DNA from: Eledone cirrhosa
Lineage: Eukaryota
DNA: 64,000 bases
Reading direction: 5' to 3'
NCBI GenBank assembly: GCA_964016885.1
Contig: OZ024740.1
Span: 342,054,001 to 342,118,000 of the forward strand
Shown here: piece by piece, positions 54,220 through 64,000 of the stretch
Numbering within the stretch: the stretch's first letter is position 1
Layout of the letters: each line of letters opens with the position of its first letter
The notes under the pieces: model-generated
Databases searched by the model: none
The model's input: the letters and a program-made list of their open reading frames with translations, nothing else
Told to the model about the DNA's origin: nothing
Translations under genes and position numbers: made by a program

Positions 54220-56263
54220 GTTTTCGAAGGAAATTAAACGATGCTGATATCAATAATAATTAAAAGGATGGTATATCAATAATATGAAAATTTATTATAA
54301 TGTTTTCCATTCCGACATAGCTTCAAACCAATTGTATATTTATGTGTAACTGTTCACTTAGACTTTATTCCATAATCTCTTTATTTACTTTGTTATCACC
54401 TAATTACCCCCCCCCCCTCCGCAAACCAGCTCTGTTTAATATCTCTTCCTTAATGTAACAACTGGTAGCTCACATAACTTTGTTTGCTAAAGTGACACCC
54501 TACTCGATCTCTGATTCACATCATACACCGATTAGGGTCATTCTAAAATCGCTGCTCTTGTTTACTGGTTACTTACATAAGCACAAGGATCTAGGATACA
54601 GGCTACTGAATTATCCTTGTCGTATTACTGGTTCATATTGACTCTAGTGGTAAGAAAGACAAAAATCAACCATAGTAGGATTTGAACTAAGAAATCCAGC
54701 AATGTAATGAATTTAAACTGATACTTAAATATCTCATCTATCCTAATCAAAGTATTTATTTACAGATTAACTCTAAATTATTAATTAGCAGCTTATTCCT
54801 TTATACATTTTAAGTCTTAACTTACGAATTTTAAGAATCTTACACCTCAAAGAAGGCGTGAGTTCGATTCCCAGACCGAGCGATGCGTTATGTAACGTTG
54901 CTCCTTCTGCCTGGATTTACGACCAGTAGATAGTATTAGCAATTGGAAAGACCAATGGAAACATTGTTTTCTTGGTCCGATTTAACGAGCTCCACCCCAC
55001 TTGTTAAGTGAATGAGGTTTGGGATCTTGTCGATCAACTGTTATACCTCAAATTCTATATACTATAATGGTAACATCTATTTCATGTTTAATTCTCTAAA
55101 AACTTTCTATTTGGCATTTGAATCAATGATAATTTCAACATATGTTTCAAGAATTTCTTACACAAAGCCTTTTTTAATAGATGGGTCTAAAAAGGAAAGG
55201 GCTTGCCTATATTCTATTAGAACTCATGAGGTTAGATCCTCCCCCGCCACCTAAAATCACTGTATTTCAAGTAATTAGTTCATTAAGATGGTATTTGTAA
55301 TATAATCTAAAAAAAAGTCTTATATTAATTTATTTATGTTAGAAGATATTAATTTAACTAGGAAGCCTCTAAAATGGGTTGTTTTGTTTTATAGAACCAG
55401 AAGTGGTTCGGGCAGACTGGTACCAAAACGGTTCTGACTCGCACATCTCTCGCTTTCTCTCCCCATTAGTATTTTGGTTTCATTCACACTTATATTAACC
55501 ATATTGATGTTGCCAGTCTAGGAGGTCCTGCAAAATTCATGGGGCATTGCTTTTTCTCTGTCTAAATTACCCAATTCTTTCTTCATAACACTGGTTTATT
55601 GAAATTAAAAAAATTAAATTTACAGCTCATACCTATGTAGGTTTATTTGGCCTCTTTTGAGGTGACATCCTATCGGAGGTTTCTTGGCTGTTTTAATGAT
55701 AGAGGGCCCAGTCCTATCATGAAAACTAACATAAAATGGAATGTCTTGTTCAGGTTCACAATGCACTGCCTGGCTCAGGAATTGAACCCATCACCTTATA
55801 ATTGTGAGTCCAACAACCCAACCACTGAGCCACTCAACTTCACATTATCATATTGGACAACTTATATTTGAAATTGTTTGCTACTTTGCCAGATGGATAA
55901 ACCTGTTTCCAAGCTCTTCACCTCTATCCCATTCATATCACATTGACTCCTGTTATAGCTATCTCTCTTCTCTCACTTGACAACACACTGTGTTCACATC
56001 AATATATTTCAATTACACTAACTTCATTAGCTACTTTATATTATTTAATATTGTTTGCATGTAAAAGCTATTTGAGCAAGTTATACACCTATTCCACTAG
56101 GTGCTGATAGATATAGACAATGCCCATTGTAACTATCCTTGATAATGAAAACCATGATTACATACACATACTAAATATAGCCAATGACAGAGCTTCCACA
56201 TGGTCATATGTTATGCTAGGAATAGCAATCACACCTCTTTCAAATTATACTCTTTCATCTTAA

Positions 56264-56587
56264 CCCTTTTGATACCAATCAATCCAAAAGTGGCTCTTGT
56301 TCTATGAAACAAAAACTACTCTATGTTAATGTTTTTGTAATGAAATACTCAATTTTAATAAATCCTTCAAAATTCATTGAAATAGAATAGACATAGGCAA
56401 CTTTTTTGAGCAGTGAACTGCATGAGGTATGACTCATCATAAGGTGGGCCACATTACTAAAAAATTAAAGGTAATTTTTCATTTGACATGCCATCCAGAA
56501 AACTAAATGGGTCACATGTGGTACTCGGGCTGTAGTTTGCCCATGACTGTAATAGTGTATTTCATTAGAAACACGGTCACAAAAGGG
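56264..56587. mobile_element. piggyBac-type MITE, second family
   Basis: TTAA|CCCTTTTG ... CAAAAGGG|TTAA; related ends near 27500 and 55430. Confidence 0.65.
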
Positions 56588-57127
56588 TTAAACAAAGAGG
56601 AAGGACATATTAGATGATATTGTCCTAGATATATATATTGTCTGAAAATAAATCAGAGTGGTTACAGCTGGGATACCTTTGGCCATAGGTCTCCTTGATC
56701 AGGGCCACTTGGGAGTTAAATAATAACAACTATCAGTCAGTATTTTAGTAAACTAGTTAATAATACAGTGAGTAACAGTCAGTAATGGAAGGAACAACAA
56801 GTGGGTACATGTGTGGCTTTGTAGTTCCAGAGTAGATAGCACTGTGCATCACCTTGGACAAGTGTCTTCTACTATAGCTTAGAATAGACCCAAGCTTTGT
56901 GAGTAAAATTAGCTGGCTGAAAACTGTGAATTGTAACTGTTCTTGGGTTAGCACAATCACTCAGCCATTAGGTGCCTTTAATGGAGTCCAATCTGCTGGA
57001 AGTATTTGAACAAGGTTTCTAATCTGAGGATAACCAAGAGGTTATGATTTCTTCCTCTCTACTAGTCTTGTAGAGCCTGTAAAAAGGTCATGAATACTGC
57101 CCGCCCTCTTTTGACTGTTATAGAGAG

Positions 57128-57323
57128 GTGAACAGTTAGTCATGTAGTGAACACCAGTTAGTCATGTAGTGAACACCACTCAGTGTTGTAGTGAACACCA
57201 CACAGTGATGTAGTGAACACCACACAGTGATGTAGTGAACACCACACAGTGATGTAGTGAACACTATTCGGTGTTGTAGTGAACACCATGCAGTAATGTA
57301 GTGAACACTACTCGGTGATGTAG
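57128..57323. repeat. 22-bp minisatellite, about 9 copies
   Basis: Unit GATGTAGTGAACACCACACAGT with variants. Confidence 0.9.
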
Positions 57324-57357
57324 AAAATAATGAGAGAATATAATAGATAAGAAAATT

Positions 57358-57572
57358 GTGGTCGTACCACTGGCAGTGGAGACTTCTGGTGTCCTCGGCC
57401 CCAGGGCTACCTCCTTACTCACCACCATAGGCGCTGAGCTGGCCAGCCACAGGTGTGAGCCCCGCGAGTTGGAGTGGCTTTTCCAGCGCGCCTCCCTTGC
57501 CGTCCTCCTGGGAAATGCCTTCTCCATTCTGTCCGCCGGGGCTGTGGGTGGGCCCCATCGCATACCATTGCA
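57358..57572 (+). mobile_element. Second 3' fragment of the CRE-like element
   Basis: VVPLAVETSGVLGP..WLFQRASLAVLLGNAFSILSAG; similar to 19993-20210. Confidence 0.85.
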
Positions 57573-57897
57573 GTTGTTGTAGAAGAAACAGGAAGACAAC
57601 AACTGGAAACCTAAGAAACAGTAATGGAAGAAAGATAGTATTGGAGGGAATAATAGTTGGTGATAAGAAAGTGTGATAGGTGGTGGAAGACAAAGATGAA
57701 TGTCAAATGGATGTACTAATTTACATATCATTAATGCTCATGTTGGTTGTTAATTATAGTATATATTAATCTGTCTGCTACACAACCAAAATATATACAC
57801 AGCATAGAAGTAACTGAGACTGTAAATGTGTATAAGAAATGTGTAAATCGATTAAAGGTTTTTTTATACATATTTACTTGGCTGCTTAGTGCACAAT

Positions 57898-57976
<79 letters not shown>

Positions 57977-58039
57977 GTATATATATATGTATATATATAT
58001 GTATATATATGTATATATATATGTATATATATATATATA

Positions 58040-58876
58040 ATTAGCTGCTAAAGGGTTCTCCCTAAAAATGAAAGGCAGGTTGTACGATGCCTGCATACGA
58101 ACAGCAATGTTGCATGGTAGTGAGACCTGGGCATTGTGTGCAGAGGATATACGCAGACTAGAGAGGAACGAAGCTTGCATGCTCCGCTGGATGTGTAACA
58201 GTAATATACGTGAACGGCAAAGCATAAACGAACTAAGGAAAAAATTAGAGATAAGAGGGATCAGATGTTGTTTACTCGAGAGAAGGCTGCGTTGGTATGG
58301 ACACGTGATGCGCATGAAAGTCGATAGCTGTATTACAAAGTGCAGGGCAATAAAGATAGACGGTAGCCACGGAATAGGCAGACCTAGAAAAACATGGGAT
58401 GAGCTGATAAACTCCGACCTCACACACTTACACCTCTCCAAGACAATGTCACTGGACCATGACCTTTGGCGGTACTCAGTAACAGAGAAGACCCGCCTTG
58501 CCAGTAGGCATCTCTAACAAACTACACCCCGTCCCGCCACCACCCCCACCCCATCCACACCACCCCGTTCCATGTAAAGTTATGTTGGTGCCGCGCCATC
58601 CAGGCCGAAACAAACGAGATCGTGTAGGTGTCACGACAAAAAAACACACAGTCCACGCTGTAATGTGGCCGTGTAGGCAACACGGTAAAAACCTCCCAGA
58701 CCCACACTGTAAATGTGGTTGGTGTTAGGAAGGGCATCCAACTGTAGAAAACCTGCCAGACAGTCCTATGCGAGCAAGACAATCACTCTTGCCTCAAGTG
58801 GGACTACCCCCGTCCAAACCCATGCAAGCGTGGAACACGGACGTTAAACGTTGATGATGATGATGATGATGATGAT
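58040..58876 (+). mobile_element. 5'-truncated RTE LINE (subfamily C) between TA tracts
   Basis: ORF 58068-58517 nearly identical to the C-terminus of the 47784 copy; 3' UTR; (GAT)n tail. Confidence 0.95.
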
Positions 58877-58925
58877 ATGTATATATATATGTATATATAT
58901 ATGTATATATATGTATATATATATG

Positions 58926-59146
<221 letters not shown>

Positions 59147-59207
59147 GTATACATATATATATATATATATATGTATACATATATATATATATATGTATAT
59201 ATATATG

Positions 59208-59244
<37 letters not shown>

Positions 59245-59306
59245 GTATACATATATATATATATATATATGTATACATATATATATATATATATATATAT
59301 GTATAC

Positions 59307-59397
<91 letters not shown>

Positions 59398-59566
59398 TAT
59401 ATGTATACATATATATATATATATATATATATATGTATACATATATATATATATATATATGTATACATATATATATGTATATATATAGATATATATATAC
59501 ATATATATATATTCATATATATATATATGTATATATATAGATATATATATACATATATATATATTC

Positions 59567-59620
<54 letters not shown>

Positions 59621-59866
59621 GGGAGGAGGTTATAGTTCACTTGAAGCATTGTGTAATGAGGTATAAACGTTACAATATGTGTAATAAGGCCAAGACAATG
59701 CAGATATGGACATAGAAAAAAGAATGCAATAGTGAGAGATATTGATGAGAATTCGTCTTTCACCTTGAATTTATTTAAATGTCCTTAATTTTCGAGATAA
59801 TATCTCTTCTGCGGAGGGAAGTAAAAGTCTCAGACCACCGTCTTAAATTTCCAATGAAGCCATGCA

Positions 59867-62800
59867 TGGATAACAAGGTGTCGAGATGTTTCTTAAAGAC
59901 ATCCACCTCCACGTCATGCAAGTCTCGCAGATGCCTCGGCAGCCTGTTGAAGAGTTGAGGGCCCTTGAATCCCAGGCTATTGCAATACCTGCTCCTTATT
60001 CTAGATGTGGAAGACGGGACCTTTGGCACCACACAGTGACGTCCTGTTCGACGGTTGGTCCAGCTCCCAATGCCAAAGTTTGGTGCTAGTCCCTCCAGGA
60101 TTTTCCACATGTAGATCACTGCGTATCTCTCCTGTCTTCGCTCCAAGGAGTAGAGGTTCAGTTCCTTTAGCCTCTCCCAGTAGCTTGTCTCCCTCATCTT
60201 GGCAATCCTCTTGGTGTAGCTTCGCTGGATTGCCTCAAGCTCCGTGGTTAGTTTGACACTATGGGGTGACCACAGCTGGGAGCAGTAGTCCAGGCGGCTT
60301 AGGACAAAAGTCCTCCACAGTGTCAACATGGTGTCTCGATCTCTTGTACGGAAAGTCCTCAAGATCCAGCCAGCGAATCGTCTACATGTTCTCGCCACCT
60401 TCATGATGTGTGAAGAAAAAGATGCATCATCGCTCATGTCTATGCCCAGGTCTCGTATCGATTTTGACACGGGGATATCGGTCCCTCCTGGTCCTGTGTA
60501 GCTGTGTTCCGCTATATTTGTGTTTGTGTTTGCAGGTTTGTATTGTAGGGCTTGGAATTTGCCAGCATTAAACTGCATGTTGTTTTCTTCCGCCCATCTG
60601 TATATGGCATCCAGATCCTGCTGTAAGAGGGCAGCGTCAGCCGGGTTTTTGATTGCCTGTGCTACCTTAGTGTCATCAGCATAGCTAGTGAGGGATGTTG
60701 TTGCATGCACCACAGAGGGCATGTCCGAGAGAGCCACCAAAAACAGTAGTGGTCCCAGGACTGTCCCCTGGGGCATCCCACTTGTTATCGGTGTTTCCCT
60801 CGAGAGGGCCCCATTTGCTGTGACTGCCTGGCTTCTGTCCCTTAGGAAGCCATGCAGCCACTCACCTACTTTTCCAGTTATGCCGAGTCCGTGTAGTTTG
60901 TGACATATCATTCCGTGGTCGACCTTGTCAAAGGCCTTCGCAAAGTCAAGATATATCACGTCTACATGTGAGCTGTCTAGTAGTTGTCTCAGTACCCAGT
61001 CGTAGTGATGTAGCAGCTGTGTAAGGCAGCTTCTTCCTGGGCGGAAGCCATGTTGCGTGCTAGTCAGGCGGTCATTTTCTTCGAGGAAAGTGATTAGTTT
61101 CTTTCTGACGACTCGCTCCATGACCTTACTGATATGCGACGTCAGAGAGACTGGCCTATAGTTCTTGGCCTCCGCTCTACTACCTCCTTTATGGATAGGG
61201 CATATTGTGCCTTCTTTCAGCTCCCTGGGTAGTACACCGCTAGCCAAGGAGCTTCTGAAGAGCATCTTCAGTGGAGTTGCTAAGGCCCGCTTACATATTT
61301 TTAGGAGAACTGCTGGGAATCCATCAGGTCCAGCAGCCGAGTCTGTTCTAATTTCATCAATGGCGTACACCACATCCTCCTCCGTTATGTCTATGTGGTT
61401 GATGGTTGCCATTTCTTGATGTAGTGTTGTGGCATCAAAGAACTCCTCTGGCTTCGTTATTTGCATGTGCCTCAGTGGACATGTGAAGACACTTTTGTAC
61501 TGTTCGTTCAGTATTTCACATATCTCTTGGGGATTTTCGGTTAATGAACCGTCCGTGTGGAAGAGTGGTCCAATCTTGCAGTGTACTGTGGCAGTTTCTC
61601 TTGCAAATTTAAAGAAGGCCTTAGGGTTTGTTTTAATGTTTTCTATGGCCCTGTTCTCTTTCTTTGCCCTCTCATTCTCATGTGAAAGTTTGAGTGCAAT
61701 CTCGGTGTCAAGTAGTGCACGTTTCAAATAGGATTCCTTCTTGTTTTGGTTTTGTTGACTATTCAACTGGTTTGAGAGTTTAGTTCTACGTCTCATAAGG
61801 ATTTTCCTATCTCTGGGAATAAGATTTTTGTGTCTGTTTGCCTCTTTCTCCGGGACACACTTTTTGCATATGGTGTGTATCGTTGTCATGAAGTGTTGAA
61901 ATTGTGTGTTAGTGTCTTGTGTGGCGATGTTTTCACTCCATGTTTGCTTCCGGATTTCACTCTTAATCTTTTTCCAGTTAGCCTTGTAGAAGTTAAGGTT
62001 GGATAGCGTCCCGGAGCTTCTTGGTGGTTTTGTCTCTGTTGGTTCTCTTGGACCACATATCATTAGCTCTACTAAGTTATGATCCGAGAGAATTGTTGGT
62101 GTCACCTTTACATTGTGGATGAGCACTTCGTTGTTTGTAAAACAGAGGTCCAGGACATTTTCGCCTCTTGTTGGGAGGAGTATTGCTTGCTCCATGAACA
62201 GCCTGTGTGTGAGGGCCAGCAGGGATTCCGTCTGTCTCTGTTCTATTGACGTCATTCCAGGGAGGAGGTGGCCCTCAGGCCATTTGTCCTTTGGTAGGTT
62301 GAAGTCTCCCAGCAGTAGGATGTTGAGACCCTGGTCCAGTTTGTCAAGGACCTCTTCTATCCTACTTAGGCTATCCTCAAATTTACCCTCATGACTGGGG
62401 GCATCGGGCGGCCGATATGTGACACATATTACCGTCTGTAGTTGCTTCATATGTATTATCAGTGTGTCACAGACTGAGTTTGAATATGTCAACAGTACAA
62501 TTGGTGTGACATCTTCACGGATATACAGAGCAACCCCACCATGAGTTCTCTCCTTCCTGTCTGAACGAAATACAGTATATTTCGGTATATGTATTTCTGC
62601 ATCTGCTATACTGCTTGTCAGGTGTGTTTCGGTTAGTGCCATGCATAGTGCTTGATTGCTTATGGCTAAGTCTCCCAGGTAGGAAATTTTACTCATGTTG
62701 CTGAGTTTCACCAGGCCCCTGACATTCAGCAGCAGCACTGGTGTGACTTTTGGGGTGCCAGTAATGGCTGTCGGTATGACACCTGGTCTGGTGTCAACGG

Positions 62801-63310
62801 CGGCCACTCTGGGTCCCTTAACTGCGGTGGTCTCGAGTGCTGGTGTGGATGACCCTGGCTCTGGAGACGATGCAGCCAGGTCAGCTGTCCCACAATCTTC
62901 TCTGCCATCACTAAAAAATTTTTCTGATCTGCTGCTGCCATCTGTATCTCATCGGCATGTGCGTGCCTTCTCCTTGTTGGTGCAGCACGCGCGACATCAG
63001 CATACTTCTGGAGCGGCTTTTTTCGGCTTTGGCTGGGGCATGTTGCGCGAGTATGATGGGCATAGTTCGTTTGAGACCTAGGGTGGGCGAATCTGCATCC
63101 CATCCCTGTCTCTCCATGCCAGCATGTCCCGTTCTTGAAAAACTTGCACATTACTTGGGGTTTTTTGCTCCCAGTGTCTCGGTGCTTTCTGTTCTTTCTT
63201 TGAACAGTTGTCCACTGGTCCCTCTGCGCTTGGTTCTCCTTCGGAAGGTGATTTCGCTTTTCACCCTTGCCCTTAGCTTGTTGGTTGCCCGGCCTGCCCT
63301 CCCTGCCTGT
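59867..63310 (-). mobile_element. CR1/L2-group LINE: partial ORF1 (CCCH finger) and open ORF2 (APE + RT); native 3' end missing
   Basis: ORF1 CKFFKNGTCWHGETGMGCRFAHP; ORF2 59775-62807 with LLNVRGL, LTETHL, GDFNLP, SDH, NYRPVSLTS, YLDFAKAFDKV, PQGTVLGP, YADD; the last ~30 codons come from unrelated flank. Confidence 0.93.
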
Positions 63311-63653
63311 ATCATCATCATCATCATCATCAACGTTTAACGTCCGTGTTCCACGCTTGCATAGGTTTGGACGGGGGTAGTCCCACTTGAGGCAAGAGTG
63401 ATTGTCTTGCTCGCATAGGACTGTCTGGCAGGTTTTCTACAGTTGGATGCCCTTCCTAACACCAACCACATTTACAGTTTGGGTCTGGGAGGTCTTTACC
63501 GTGTTGCCTACACGGCCACATTACAGCGTGGACTGTGTGTTTTTTTGTCGTGACACCTACACGATCTCATTTGTTTCGGCCTGGATAGCGCGGCACCAAC
63601 ATAACTTTACATAGAACGGGATGGAGTGGGGGTGGTGGTGGTGGGACGGGGTG

Positions 63654-63656
<3 letters not shown>
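63311..63656 (-). mobile_element. RTE subfamily C 3'-UTR fragment abutting the 5' end of the CR1-like LINE
   Basis: Matches 47425-47780; (GAT)n tail. Confidence 0.9.
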
Positions 63657-63712
<56 letters not shown>

Positions 63713-64000
63713 TACATATATATGTATATATATACATACATATATATATATATATATATAATATATAAGATCAAAAGATGGTTAAAGGAGTTCCTTGTAT
63801 TTTATTATGCGCATCTTATATATTATGTATACTCCAGTCCTACAAACTGTAGAGTGCTTCTTATCCGATATCTGCATTGCTTTATTGTACTACAATAAAA
63901 CTCACCTCCTACATTATATATATATAAATATATATATATATATACATACATATATATATATATATATAACCGTAATAGACGAGTTACTTGGTATAATGCT

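Noticed and set aside
57128-57323. CRISPR-like array
   Set aside because: Units are contiguous 22-mers without unique spacers, the context is eukaryotic, and there are no cas genes; it is a minisatellite

Overview
This is AT-rich eukaryotic (animal) genomic DNA. The repeat families and very long (TA)n tracts suggest a coleoid cephalopod, probably Octopus (inference). The only confidently recognised host coding sequence is the terminal exon of WDR59 (GATOR2 subunit, 4157-4293, +). A few weak splice-site-bounded segments may form an uncharacterised minus-strand transcript. Almost everything else is mobile DNA: a degraded near-full-length L1/Tx1-type LINE, a CsRn1-type Gypsy element truncated after RNase H, a Penelope-like element (PLE) with 0.83-kb inverted arms, about ten RTE-clade LINE copies from three subfamilies, two copies of a CR1/L2-group LINE, CRE-type fragments, three Helitrons, piggyBac/hAT/TcMar MITEs and tRNA-derived SINEs. 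Main observations: (1) five well-formed or single-mutant hammerhead ribozyme motifs of the PLE type, including a non-coding fold-back element with two back-to-back ribozymes, a diverged third copy with compensatory changes, and a U3-A8 core variant; (2) a nest in which four unrelated retroelement lineages have their junctions inside (TA)n tracts; (3) an RTE insertion with twin-priming geometry; (4) an orphan RTE-type 5' leader that can fold into a pseudoknot. ORFs made of YIYI repeats are microsatellite artefacts. All alignments and folds were done by eye.
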